33,695 nucleotides of DNA. Source: Promethearchaeota archaeon (GTDB lineage Archaea; Asgardarchaeota; Lokiarchaeia; Sigyniarchaeales; SOKP01). The position numbers and the translations under genes were made by a program. The DNA is taken from assembly GCA_016839745.1 (NCBI GenBank), contig JAEOTS010000024.1, positions 1-33,695 on the forward strand. The letters are read 5' to 3'. This document shows positions 7,296-17,542 of this stretch, one piece after another. The notes under the pieces are model-generated. The model ran no database searches. It was not told the origin of the DNA and saw only the letters and a list, made by a program, of their open reading frames with translations. Each line of letters opens with the position of its first letter. The stretch's first letter is position 1.

Positions 7296-7952
7296 ATGGT
7301 AAAGTCGTATTTGAGTTTATTTTTGAAATTTGAATTAAAAAGAATCTTCTCGTATTTCTGTATATTTTTCCTCATAATATTTTTTCTTGAAAGCAATCAA
7401 AGAATGCTTGGATTTCCATTATATTTATATCTAGGTTTGTATATGTGTTTTTTTGGCTTTTTACTTCTTTATCTGCAAATTAAAGCAAGGAAAATCTTTA
7501 TTATATTAGACACTAAGTTGAAGCAAGAACAATTTAAGGACGAAAAAGGGATTAATCCTGTAGAAGGGAGAAGATTTAAAGCAAAATATAAATACTGGTT
7601 GTTAAAAAACACAAATAATAATAAGATTAATAGAATTTACAAGAATTTTTTTAACATTACCTCACAAAATTACTGTCTATACTGCTATTTTAGTATAATA
7701 CCAATTATTCTGGTCTGGGTCTTTTCCAATATGTATATGACATCAACAGAAGCATTAGTTGCCAGTTGTATTTTTGTTGGTTGTTTAGCTTTATTATGTA
7801 TAACTTTGGAAAAGAGGGGGATTGGGATTCTATACAAGCATCTTGACTCAGAAATAAAACAAATCCTCTTTGAAGAACTTACCGGTTATAATCCACTAGA
7901 TCACGGGAAATATACTTTAAAATATAAAGCATGGTTAATTTTAAACGACTAA
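7296..7952 (+). CDS. Hypothetical membrane protein with internal tandem duplication
   Basis: Two hydrophobic hairpins, each followed by a similar soluble motif LD..(L/I)KQ..F....G.NP....++..KYK.WL. Confidence 0.7.
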   Translation: MVKSYLSLFLKFELKRIFSYFCIFFLIIFFLESNQRMLGFPLYLYLGLYMCFFGFLLLYLQIKARKIFIILDTKLKQEQFKDEKGINPVEGRRFKAKYKYWLLKNTNNNKINRIYKNFFNITSQNYCLYCYFSIIPIILVWVFSNMYMTSTEALVASCIFVGCLALLCITLEKRGIGILYKHLDSEIKQILFEELTGYNPLDHGKYTLKYKAWLILND

Positions 7953-8067
7953 AAACTGAAGAGACTTTCGTGTTAAAATTAGAAAATACTAATTAATTTA
8001 AGACGCTTTATTAATTAATTTAACATTAATAAATAAATCTCTAAAATTACTCTTATAATCAATTAGA

Positions 8068-8874
8068 ATGAGTCCGGTAAAAAAATTGTTAACTGAATTG
8101 GAAAAAAAAAAAGTTTTTTTCTTTGACTTAGATGGAACAATTTATTTAGGAAACCAACTTTTTCGAGGCGCTGTAGAATTAGTAGAGCTATTAAATAAAG
8201 TAGAAATTCCCTTTTTTTTCCTTTCGAATAATTCAAGTAAGTCTACATCAGATTACATTAAAAAGTTAAACGATCTAAAATTAAATGTAACACTTAAAAA
8301 CTTAATATTGTCTCAACACCCAACTATTGATTATTTAAGAAGCGAGAATTACCAAAAAATATTTTTGATGGGAACAGAATCTCTTCAACGAGAATTTCAA
8401 CAAGAGGGATTTATTTTAACCGATAACGATCCTCAAATCGTCGTACTTGCTTTTGATCAAGAATTGACGTACGAAAGGCTAGTTAAAACTTCTTACATGC
8501 TCCAACAAGGATTACCTTATATTGCTACACACCTTGACGATAGATGTCCTACTGAAAAGGGATATATTCCTGATGCGGGAGGAATAGCTGCACTTCTATT
8601 TAAAGTGGCAGAAAAAATGCCCAGAGTGTTTGGAAAACCTAATAAAGAAATGCTCCTCTTCAAACTTCGGGAACTTGAACTAAATCCTGAAGATGCAATA
8701 ATATTTGGTGACAGATTATACACAGATATAAAAATGGGAATAGAAGCAGGAGTGACAACATGTTGCGTTTTATCAGGAGAAACGACCTTAGAAATGATCG
8801 AAAGAAGTGAAACAAATAAGCCAGATTATGTAATTGATGGAATCTGGGATATTCTTGAACTACTAAAAAAGTAA
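8068..8874 (+). CDS. HAD-superfamily subfamily IIA hydrolase (NagD-like sugar/nucleotide phosphatase)
   Basis: FFFDLDGTIY (motif I), LSNNSSKS (II), FGKPN (III), GDRLYTDI (IV) and VLSGET. Confidence 0.93.
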   Translation: MSPVKKLLTELEKKKVFFFDLDGTIYLGNQLFRGAVELVELLNKVEIPFFFLSNNSSKSTSDYIKKLNDLKLNVTLKNLILSQHPTIDYLRSENYQKIFLMGTESLQREFQQEGFILTDNDPQIVVLAFDQELTYERLVKTSYMLQQGLPYIATHLDDRCPTEKGYIPDAGGIAALLFKVAEKMPRVFGKPNKEMLLFKLRELELNPEDAIIFGDRLYTDIKMGIEAGVTTCCVLSGETTLEMIERSETNKPDYVIDGIWDILELLKK

Positions 8875-9019
8875 TCTATCTTAAATATATCATCAATCCT
8901 TCCTATATAGTTAATTTTATTTCTAAAGAGAAATTATATATCAATATCATTATTCAACTAATATGCGGAATGATGTAAAATTAAAATTTATTCTTTTAAT
9001 TACAATTGAGAATTGAGAT

Positions 9020-11725
9020 ATGACATCTACAGAAGTACCCAAGTATATTTATGATTTTAGCGAAGGTAGAAAAGAGTTAAAGAATTTACTTGGTGGAAAA
9101 GGGGCGAACCTTGGAGAAATGACCCATTTGGGATTAAATATTCCTCCCGGATTTACTATCACTACAGAAGCGTGTTTAATTTATTTTAAAGATAGCGAAA
9201 ATCTGATGGCAAAAATTGAGCCTATGGTTTTAGATCATTTAAAAAAATTAGAGGAAGTTACAAGTAAGAAGTTTGGAGATAAAAAAAATCCATTGTTACT
9301 AAGTGTTAGGAGTGGAGCTCCTATGTCAATGCCAGGTATGATGGACACTGTTTTAAATCTAGGGTTGAATGACGAGTCTGTTAAAGGTGTAGCGGAACAG
9401 ACTGGAAACCCTCGATTTGCTTATGATTCGTGGAGAAGATTTATCCAAATGTTTGGAGATGTTTGTATGGGGATCGGGGATGAGAAATTCGAAAGAATCC
9501 TCGATAAGTACAAACGATCTATCTCTAGAAACGCTCAAGATACTGATTTAGAGGTTTCGGATTTACAAAAAGTAATTGCTGATTATAAAGTTTTATATGA
9601 AAAAGAAATTGGATCACCATTTCCTCAAGATCCTTACAAACAACTTTTTGTAGCAATAGAAGCTGTTTTTAAATCTTGGAATAATAAGAGAGCAATAACT
9701 TATCGGAAGATTTCTAATATACCTAATTTTGGTACTGCCGTTAACATTCAAGTTATGGTTTTTGGGAATAAAGGAGAGAATTCTGCTACTGGTGTAGCAT
9801 TTACGAGAGATCCTTCTGATGGAGATAACATCAAATTTGGGGAATATCTTACAAATGCTCAGGGAGAAGATGTAGTTGCTGGAATAAGAACTCCAAAAAG
9901 ACTCGAAGAAATGAACAATGAATTTCCAAAAATATACAAGCAATTGAAAAATACTATGGATAAGCTTGAAAAACACTATAGAGACATGCAAGATATTGAA
10001 TTTACTATTGAAAATGGGGTACTATTCATATTACAAACTCGAAATGGTAAACGTACTCCCTCTGCTGCAGTTAAAATTGCAGTCGATATGGTAAAAGAAG
10101 GATTAATAAATAAAGAACAAGCCATAATGAGTATTGATCCCGATAAAATATCAAAACTTTTATTTAAGAGTATAGATGAGAATGCGATTGTGCGTGTATT
10201 GGCAAAAGGAATAAATGCTTCACCTGGTGCCGTTTCAGGAATTGCTATATTTGACTCTGATGAAGCAGAAGAATTAGCTAATTCTGGGGATGAGGAGATC
10301 ATATTAGTTCGCCCTCAAACTAAACCTGAAGATGTTCATGGCTTATATGCATCTAGTGGGGTTTTAACTCAATTTGGGGGAAAGACTTCTCATGCTGCTG
10401 TTGTAGCGAGAGGCATGGGTAAACCCGCAGTTGTAGGTGCTCAAGATATTGAAATTGACGAAGAAGCTAAAGAATTTAGAGTAGCTGAAACTGTAATTAA
10501 AGAAGGACAGTACATAACGATTGATGGAACAACGGGTCGCGTAATAGAAGGAAAAGTTCCCTTAGTAGAACCTGAAATTAAAGGGGAATTTTTAGAATTA
10601 TTAAAAATAGCTGATGAGATAAGAACCTTAGGTGTACGAGCAAACGCAGATACTCCAACCGATGCTAAAAAAGCTTTAGAATTTGGTGCCGAAGGTATAG
10701 GATTAACGAGAACGGAGCATATGTTCATGGCTCAGGAAAGATTACCTGTCGTTCAGAAAATGATAATGGCTCAAACAATTGAGGAACGTCAGGACGCGTT
10801 AAATAAAATTTTACCAATGCAAAAAGGAGACTTCATAGAAATCTTTAAAATAATGGAAGGAAAACCAGTAACGATAAGATTGCTAGATCCTCCCTTACAC
10901 GAATTCTTACCGGAGCTTTCCACTGTCTTATTAGAAAACCAAGAATTGAAAATGACGAACTCGTTATCAAAATCGCTGTTAGAAATAACCCCTCTGGATG
11001 AAGAAATAAAAAAGAAAAAAATGGTTATTAAATTAATTAGATCGTTATCAGAAGAGAACCCTATGATGGGACTCAGAGGTTGCAGACTTGGGATTGTTTG
11101 GCCAGAAATTAATGAAATGCAAGTAAGGGCTATATTTCAAGCGGCTTGCGAACTCAAACTGCAAGGCGTTAATGTCATTCCCGAAATAATGATCCCTCTT
11201 ATTGGTATGATTTCAGAATTACAATATGTGAAAGCTCAGCTACTTGAAATAGCCGAAGAAACTATTAAAGATTATGGCGTAGAGTTAAATTACAAATTCG
11301 GAACAATGATAGAAATTCCGAGAGCAGCTTTAACCGCTGACGAGATTGCGATGGAAGCGGAATTCTTTTCCTTTGGTACTAACGATCTAACCCAAATGAC
11401 ATTTGGTTTTAGTCGAGATGATGCTGAGGGTAAGTTTATCCCTGTTTATTTGAATAAGGAAATTTTAGAGCGAAATCCTTTTGAAATCTTAGATCAAGAT
11501 GGTGTTGGAAAACTAATGAAGATAGCCATTAAGTTAGGAAGAGAGACAAGACCCGGCTTGAAGTGCGGTGTTTGTGGAGAACACGGTGGAGAACCGAGTA
11601 GTATTAAGTTCGTCGCATCAATTGGTTTAGATTATGTTTCTTGTTCTCCCTTTAGAATTCCAGTAGCACGCATTGCTGCAGCGCAAGCAGCAATTTTGGA
11701 GAAGGAAATAGAAACAATTAAGTAA
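9020..11725 (+). CDS. ppdK: Pyruvate, phosphate dikinase
   Basis: LLGGKGANL, SVRSGAPMSMPGMMDTVLNLGLN, NAQGEDVVAGIRTP, phospho-His motif GGKTSHAAVVAR, EFFSFGTNDLTQ and GVCGEHGG. Confidence 0.98.
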   Translation: MTSTEVPKYIYDFSEGRKELKNLLGGKGANLGEMTHLGLNIPPGFTITTEACLIYFKDSENLMAKIEPMVLDHLKKLEEVTSKKFGDKKNPLLLSVRSGAPMSMPGMMDTVLNLGLNDESVKGVAEQTGNPRFAYDSWRRFIQMFGDVCMGIGDEKFERILDKYKRSISRNAQDTDLEVSDLQKVIADYKVLYEKEIGSPFPQDPYKQLFVAIEAVFKSWNNKRAITYRKISNIPNFGTAVNIQVMVFGNKGENSATGVAFTRDPSDGDNIKFGEYLTNAQGEDVVAGIRTPKRLEEMNNEFPKIYKQLKNTMDKLEKHYRDMQDIEFTIENGVLFILQTRNGKRTPSAAVKIAVDMVKEGLINKEQAIMSIDPDKISKLLFKSIDENAIVRVLAKGINASPGAVSGIAIFDSDEAEELANSGDEEIILVRPQTKPEDVHGLYASSGVLTQFGGKTSHAAVVARGMGKPAVVGAQDIEIDEEAKEFRVAETVIKEGQYITIDGTTGRVIEGKVPLVEPEIKGEFLELLKIADEIRTLGVRANADTPTDAKKALEFGAEGIGLTRTEHMFMAQERLPVVQKMIMAQTIEERQDALNKILPMQKGDFIEIFKIMEGKPVTIRLLDPPLHEFLPELSTVLLENQELKMTNSLSKSLLEITPLDEEIKKKKMVIKLIRSLSEENPMMGLRGCRLGIVWPEINEMQVRAIFQAACELKLQGVNVIPEIMIPLIGMISELQYVKAQLLEIAEETIKDYGVELNYKFGTMIEIPRAALTADEIAMEAEFFSFGTNDLTQMTFGFSRDDAEGKFIPVYLNKEILERNPFEILDQDGVGKLMKIAIKLGRETRPGLKCGVCGEHGGEPSSIKFVASIGLDYVSCSPFRIPVARIAAAQAAILEKEIETIK

Positions 11726-11862
11726 CACGATCTTTAATAAATAAAATTATTCTATTTTTAAAATCTATTGTATCCTCTTTTTTTAATGTCTAGTATCCAA
11801 AGATATTACACTTTGTAGTCTCAGTAATAAATTAATTAAATCTTCTAAATTTATTTTTATTC

Positions 11863-12999
11863 ATGGATGTAGCAGAAAGATTTGAACTAATTAAAAGGGG
11901 AACTGAAGAAATTTTAACTGATGAGGATTTAAAGCAATATTTAGAAACAGGAATTCCCTTAAATCATTATATTGGTTTTGAAATCTCAGGAAAGGTTCAT
12001 TTAGGAACAGGAATCGTCTGTATGTCAAAAATAAAGGATTTCATTGATGCAGGAGCAAATTGCACAGTATTTTTAGCCGACTGGCATAGTTGGATAAATG
12101 ATAAATTAGGTGGAGATCGAGAACAAATTCAGAAAATTGCAGTTGGGTATTTTAAAGAGGGCTTAAAAGCGTGCTTAAAAGCTGTTGGAGCAAATCCTGA
12201 GAAAGTGAAGTTTACTCTTGGTACAGATCTTTACCATAATAATGATAGTTATTGGGAAACTTTTATCGATGTCTGTAAAAACACCACTCTTAACAGAATG
12301 CATAGAAGCATTACAATAATGGGTCGCAAAATGGGTGAGGGCGTAGATTTTGCCAAATTACTCTATCCTGCAATGCAAGTAGCTGATATTTTCATACAAA
12401 ATGTTAGTTTAGCACACGCAGGTTATGACCAGAGAAAAGCTCATGTTGTAGCTCGAGATGTTGCTCTAAAAATGAAAAAAAATAACCTTGTGAACAATGA
12501 TGGAGAAAAGATAAAACCACTATGTGTCCATCATCATTTAATATTAGGATTGACAAAACCATCTATTTGGCCTATTAAAGATCCGTCACAACTTCAAGAA
12601 CTTTGGTCAGATATGAAAATGAGTAAATCTATACCAAACTCAGCGGTATTTGTTAACGATACTCCTGATGAGATCAAAAACAAGGTAATATCTGCATTTT
12701 GTCCAGAGGGAAATGTTTCTATTAATCCAATTTTAGACTGGGCTAAATTCATTATCTTCAGAAACGAAAATTCAAGCATCTTTATCGAGAGAAAACCAAA
12801 ATTTGGTGGCAATAAAGAATTTAATTCTTATGATGAGATAGAAAATGCCTTCTTATCCAAAAGCTTGCATCCTCTCGATTTGAAACTAGGAGTCGCTGAT
12901 AAGGTTATTGATATATTGGAACCTGTCAGAAAACATTTCGAGCAACCAAGCATTCAAAAAATGAAAAAAGAACTAGAAGAACTAATGATAACTAGATAA
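11863..12999 (+). CDS. tyrS: Tyrosine--tRNA ligase (archaeal type)
   Basis: YIGFEISGKVHLGT (HIGH-like), ADWHSWINDK, LLYPAMQVADI, DQRKAH, KMSKS, AFCP and LHPLDLK. Confidence 0.96.
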   Translation: MDVAERFELIKRGTEEILTDEDLKQYLETGIPLNHYIGFEISGKVHLGTGIVCMSKIKDFIDAGANCTVFLADWHSWINDKLGGDREQIQKIAVGYFKEGLKACLKAVGANPEKVKFTLGTDLYHNNDSYWETFIDVCKNTTLNRMHRSITIMGRKMGEGVDFAKLLYPAMQVADIFIQNVSLAHAGYDQRKAHVVARDVALKMKKNNLVNNDGEKIKPLCVHHHLILGLTKPSIWPIKDPSQLQELWSDMKMSKSIPNSAVFVNDTPDEIKNKVISAFCPEGNVSINPILDWAKFIIFRNENSSIFIERKPKFGGNKEFNSYDEIENAFLSKSLHPLDLKLGVADKVIDILEPVRKHFEQPSIQKMKKELEELMITR

Positions 13000-13074
13000 A
13001 TTAAGCGCTAATCTCTTTTCTTCTTATTAAAATTATTGTTGTTCAACTAAATATCCACTGTAAACTTACTAATT

Positions 13075-13710
13075 ATGATAAAAATACTAGCAATTGGGGA
13101 TTCTCATATACCCCAGAGAGCAAAAAAGATTCCAGCCCAAGTTCGCATCAAATTAAACCAAATTACTAAAACTGATAAACTCGATTATTTATTTTTTACA
13201 GGGGATATTATTAGCGCACCTAAATTTATGAGTTTTTTAAAAGATATTACAAAAAAGAAGTTATATCTTGTAATGGGAAATATGGATTATTATGGGGGGA
13301 ATCATGATGCCCCAATTTATCAAAAAATGAATCTCTCACTAAAAGACAATAAAACTTTAGTAATAGGCTTAATTCATGGACATCAAATATCTCCGAGGGG
13401 AGATCATTCTCAACTTGAAACTCTAGCAATTCAAAAAAATATTAATATCTTAATCTCTGGACACACCCATAAGGAAGAAGTTACTCTAACAAAAAAAAAT
13501 ATTTTATTATTAAATCCAGGGAGCGTTACTGGCGCATGGTCTTTTGTAGCAAGTCGAAATCCGTCGTTTATAGTTTTACATATAAACGAAATAACAAGTG
13601 AAATAATCATAATCCTACATCAGTATGATATTAGGGCTTCAAAATTTAGAGCCCTAAACTTTACCTACATTTTTGAAAAAGACAAAATTCAATCCAAAAC
13701 TGAAGAGTAA
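13075..13710 (+). CDS. Vps29/YfcE-like metallophosphoesterase
   Basis: IGDSHIPQRA, TGDI, GNMD, IGLIHGHQISPRGD, ILISGHTHK, NPGSVTGAW and PSFIVL. Confidence 0.9.
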   Translation: MIKILAIGDSHIPQRAKKIPAQVRIKLNQITKTDKLDYLFFTGDIISAPKFMSFLKDITKKKLYLVMGNMDYYGGNHDAPIYQKMNLSLKDNKTLVIGLIHGHQISPRGDHSQLETLAIQKNINILISGHTHKEEVTLTKKNILLLNPGSVTGAWSFVASRNPSFIVLHINEITSEIIIILHQYDIRASKFRALNFTYIFEKDKIQSKTEE

Positions 13711-13750
13711 ACAAAAAAATTAAAAAAAGTGTAATTTTAAGTACCTGATC

Positions 13751-14176
13751 TTAATCTGGCCTTTTAAATTTATCCAATACTAGAAGTTTCGGTAATTTTA
13801 ACAGTAAACCAAGATTTCTTTTACCTGTACTGCTTTTATTGTATTGCAGCTTCCTCTCACCAAATGTATTCTTTTTTAGCATCATGTTTATCGTCGAATT
13901 TTCACCATTAGAAAAATACATTAAATCTTCTGGTGTAGCTATTATCTCTAAATCGTATTCTTCTAATTTGCCTTTATTTATAGTATAATTTCCATTTTCT
14001 GCTACAAGATTAACCCAAAGATAAAAGTTTACCTCCGTTTGAAGTCCAATATTCAGTTTTGCGTTAAAATTATCAAGCATTTTAATATTTTTTGGATTAT
14101 TACGCTTATCTAATATGATACTTTCGATAACTCCTTTAAAAGTAATAAATAAATTTTCTTTTTCATTTTCTTCCAT
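13751..14176 (-). CDS. Hypothetical protein, possible divergent SCP2-like fold
   Basis: The pattern ENGNYTINKGKLEEYDLEIIATPEDLMYFSNGENSTINMML resembles the SCP2 'G....D..I.......L.G......' segment. Fold call is tentative. Confidence 0.6.
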   Translation of the reverse strand: MEENEKENLFITFKGVIESIILDKRNNPKNIKMLDNFNAKLNIGLQTEVNFYLWVNLVAENGNYTINKGKLEEYDLEIIATPEDLMYFSNGENSTINMMLKKNTFGERKLQYNKSSTGKRNLGLLLKLPKLLVLDKFKRPD

Positions 14177-14316
14177 AATTTATACCCTAATTTTGTAAAA
14201 TATAATTCTTGTAGTTAATAATTTATTTAATTTAAAAAAATAATAGTATTATTAATCTATCAATTTTTGAAAATTAAATCTAATTATATATTAAAAATAA
14301 AAGGTGAAATAATTTT

Positions 14317-15528
14317 ATGTGGTTCTTTTTCTCTCCTAAAATAGTGTATGGTCCCGATTCACTTGTTTTTTTTGAGAATATTACAGGTAAAAAGTGTTTT
14401 ATTGTCACTGATAAAATATTAGAAGATTTGGGATATGTTAAAATACTAACAGATAAGTTGGCTAAATTTGATAAAGAATGGGAAATTTTTACTGATGTTG
14501 AACCAGATCCTAAAGAAGAGAGCATAACTATATCTAAAGAGAAATGTCTTTCCTATAAACCAGACATAATCATTGGGTTGGGTGGTGGTTCTGTAATGGA
14601 TGTTGCAAAAGGATTATGGGCAGTTTATGAATTTCCTCAATACGGATTAGATGATCTTCACCCTTTTAATAGGGATTTGTATGACTTAGGAAAAAAAGTT
14701 AAATTAGTTGCGATACCTACTACATCTGGAACTGGAGCTGAAACAACCTGGTCTACAATCATTTCACGTCTTGAACCAGAAGGGGATATTGAAGTTAAGA
14801 AGAAATATGAACAAGCTCATAAGGGATTAATACCTATGTACGCGATTGTAGATCCAATATTTCCTATTGGTATGCCCTCTCACCTAACTAGTGGCACTGG
14901 TTTTGATGCCTTAGCCCATTCAATTGAGGGATTAACTTCAGTCTGGAAGAATGAATTTAGTAACGCAATGTGTTTAAAAGCAGTCGAGCTCGTATTTAAA
15001 TTTTTACCCACTGTATATAAAGATGGAAAAAATGAGGAAGCACGGGATATGATGCATCAAGCAGCAACAATCGCAGGTTTAGGGTTTGGTAACTCTCAAG
15101 CTCACATAGGCCATACTCTTGGTCACGTTTGGGGCGCAGTATATCATATTCCTCATGGAATTTCTGTGGGCTTATTTTTACCCTATATTGTTCAGTATTG
15201 TTTAAACAATCCCGATGAAAATGATACTACAGCAAAAATATTTGGAAACTTAGCTAAACAGTTAGGATGGACTGAATGGAATACTGAAGAACATACGGCC
15301 GCTAATATTGTTATTGATAAAATCAAACAACTGCAGAAGGAAGTAGAACTACCTACAAAACTTGCAGATACCGGCGTTTCAAGAGAGGACATGGATAAAA
15401 ATATGAATATGCTTATTTCACTTTGTTTTCAAAGTTCAAGCTTAACAATGTCCCCAAGATCTGCTAATGCGGAGGATCTTCAGAAGCTTTTTGAATACGC
15501 TTACGAAGGAAAAGATGTTGATTTCTGA
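14317..15528 (+). CDS. Iron-containing (type III) alcohol dehydrogenase
   Basis: VEPDP, GLGGGSVMDVAK, IPTTSGTGAET, DALAHSIE, HIGHTLGH and IPHG metal ligands. SD-like AGGTGA upstream. Confidence 0.95.
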   Translation: MWFFFSPKIVYGPDSLVFFENITGKKCFIVTDKILEDLGYVKILTDKLAKFDKEWEIFTDVEPDPKEESITISKEKCLSYKPDIIIGLGGGSVMDVAKGLWAVYEFPQYGLDDLHPFNRDLYDLGKKVKLVAIPTTSGTGAETTWSTIISRLEPEGDIEVKKKYEQAHKGLIPMYAIVDPIFPIGMPSHLTSGTGFDALAHSIEGLTSVWKNEFSNAMCLKAVELVFKFLPTVYKDGKNEEARDMMHQAATIAGLGFGNSQAHIGHTLGHVWGAVYHIPHGISVGLFLPYIVQYCLNNPDENDTTAKIFGNLAKQLGWTEWNTEEHTAANIVIDKIKQLQKEVELPTKLADTGVSREDMDKNMNMLISLCFQSSSLTMSPRSANAEDLQKLFEYAYEGKDVDF

Positions 15529-15561
15529 GTTTAATTTGGTTCAAATTCAATTTTAACATCT

Positions 15562-15586
15562 ATTTTTTTTTATGCTTTTTTTTTTC
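15562..15586 (+). terminator. Oligo-T terminator region after the ADH gene
   Basis: T8 and T10 runs shortly after the stop codon at 15528. Confidence 0.5.
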
Positions 15587-15704
15587 ATTGTTACTTCTAA
15601 TTCAAAATTGTCGAAATGTTAAACCATATATATACCATTTTCTATTACTTTTTTAGACTATTTAATAATCATATAATAAATGAATAAAGTATTAGAAGAT
15701 TTTC

Positions 15705-17435
15705 ATGCCTATTAGTGAAGAAGAACGCAAATTTCTTAACTACTTAGAAAAACTAATAGGCTTGCCTATACCAGAAGTTTCAGATCTTCAAAGTTATACA
15801 TTTGGATACACGGTTACTAACGACCATGTTGACGGTTTGAGTTTGTTCTCATGTGGGTTAACAATAATACCAGAAAAAATTACAACTCTCCCTTTTCTAA
15901 AAAAAATTTTAGTTAGAGGTAATAAATTAAAAGTTATACCCGAAGAACTCTGTTTTATTTCTTCGCTCGACACTTTAGATTTAAGCGAAAATAGGTTAGT
16001 AAAATTACCTAAAGCAATATACTCTTTATCTTCTCTAAAAGAATTACACTTGGAAACGAATAAATTAACAGAATTGCCAAATAACATCAATTCATTATCT
16101 TGTCTTACCTTATTGGACTTAAGCGAGAATTCTTTACATAAAATCCCCGAGACCATAGGAGCTTTAGAGAATTTAAAATCCTTAGATTTAAGTCACAATG
16201 AGATTAAGGAACTTCCAGATTCAATTAAAAATCTTAAATCCTTAAAGTTATTATATTTAGGAAGTAATAATTTAAATTCACTACCAGAATCTATAGGTTC
16301 TTTAAGTTCATTAAAACGATTAAATCTTCGGAATAATAAATTAACCAAATTACCTAATTCAATAGGAAATTTATCTGCTTTGTCTTCTTTATTCTTGAAA
16401 GGTAATAACTTAACATACTTACCTGATTCGATAGGTAATTTAAAAAACCTTAAGTATCTTGGATTAATGTCTAATAAACTTCCGTTTCTTCCCGAAACTA
16501 TTGGTTCTCTTAAATCATTGGAGAATTTAGATGTAACTTCTAACTATTTAACAGAGCTTCCTAAATCTATTAATTCTCTTGAATTACTTCTGAAGTTAGA
16601 AATAACCAATAACCAATTAACTGAATTACCAGATATTGGTAATTTAAGATCAATAAAATCTCTCAAACTTGATAGGAATAGACTTAAATCTCTTCCGGAA
16701 TCTATTTGTAATTTAAAAACTCTTGAATCTTTAAAAGCTGATCGAAATGAGCTAGAAGAGCTTCCTAATTCTATTGGGGACCTCACATCTTTAAAAGAAT
16801 TGGATCTATATGATAATAAGTTAAAAAAACTACCTGATTCGCTTGGCAATTTAAAGGCTCTAGATGTATTTGATTTAAGCAAGAACCAATTAACGGTTCT
16901 ACCGGAGTCAATTGGTTCATTAAATTCTTTAAAAGAACTCGATCTTTCTACTAATAAGTTAACCAGTTTAATACCATCTATAGGTAAATTGCCACTTTTA
17001 AAAAATCTAGTTTTAGGCTTTAATCGTCTAGAAACCATTCCGAATTCTATAGGCTTATTATCCACATTAGAAAATTTAGATTTGGGAAAAAATAGTATAA
17101 ATAAAATTCCGGATTCAATAGGTTCTCTGAAATCCCTTAAACGGTTATACTTATATTATAACAATTTAAAGGAGATACCAAGCACCATCGGCGAACTTGA
17201 AAATTTAAAATATCTATATTTAGGAAACAACGAATTAACACATATTCCTGAATCAATTGGTAAGTTAAAATCTTTGAAGTATTTGTTTTTAAGAACTAAT
17301 TTTATAATAAATATACCAGAGTCAATAGAATCTCTCTCCTCACTTCAATATTTAAATATTGAACGCAATAACCTAAAAAAGTTTCCTGCTTCTCTTGAAA
17401 AACTAGAAGCTCGTGATGTGAAGATATTTAAATAG
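15705..17435 (+). CDS. Leucine-rich repeat protein (about 22 repeats of 23 aa)
   Basis: Consensus LxxLxLxxNxLxxLPxSIGxLxx from about residue 63 to the end, with a short N-cap. No TM, signal peptide or enzymatic domain seen. Confidence 0.95.
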   Translation: MPISEEERKFLNYLEKLIGLPIPEVSDLQSYTFGYTVTNDHVDGLSLFSCGLTIIPEKITTLPFLKKILVRGNKLKVIPEELCFISSLDTLDLSENRLVKLPKAIYSLSSLKELHLETNKLTELPNNINSLSCLTLLDLSENSLHKIPETIGALENLKSLDLSHNEIKELPDSIKNLKSLKLLYLGSNNLNSLPESIGSLSSLKRLNLRNNKLTKLPNSIGNLSALSSLFLKGNNLTYLPDSIGNLKNLKYLGLMSNKLPFLPETIGSLKSLENLDVTSNYLTELPKSINSLELLLKLEITNNQLTELPDIGNLRSIKSLKLDRNRLKSLPESICNLKTLESLKADRNELEELPNSIGDLTSLKELDLYDNKLKKLPDSLGNLKALDVFDLSKNQLTVLPESIGSLNSLKELDLSTNKLTSLIPSIGKLPLLKNLVLGFNRLETIPNSIGLLSTLENLDLGKNSINKIPDSIGSLKSLKRLYLYYNNLKEIPSTIGELENLKYLYLGNNELTHIPESIGKLKSLKYLFLRTNFIINIPESIESLSSLQYLNIERNNLKKFPASLEKLEARDVKIFK

Positions 17436-17542
17436 AAGTTACAAGCTTTTTAGGAAAATATAAATGAACTCTTACTAATTGCAAATATAATTATATACAA
17501 ATAAAATAAGTATATAGTAATAATTCTTAAAGTGTAATCAAA

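Noticed and set aside
7202-7396. 64-aa minus-strand ORF overlapping the start of the 7296 gene
   Set aside because: Low-complexity K/F/N product of AT-rich sequence; the plus-strand ORF has better support from its internal repeat.
8102-8120. A11 followed by T7 near the start of the HAD gene (also the T10 run at 1346-1355 in pheS) as phase-variation or frameshift sites
   Set aside because: The reading frames are intact and homopolymers are common in this AT-rich sequence; read-level data would be needed.
15526-15534. TGA stop of the Fe-ADH as a possible selenocysteine codon
   Set aside because: The protein is already complete, TAA follows two codons later, and no SECIS-like hairpin is evident.
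15794-17065. Two repetitive antisense ORFs inside the LRR gene
   Set aside because: Their periodicity simply mirrors the LRR codons.
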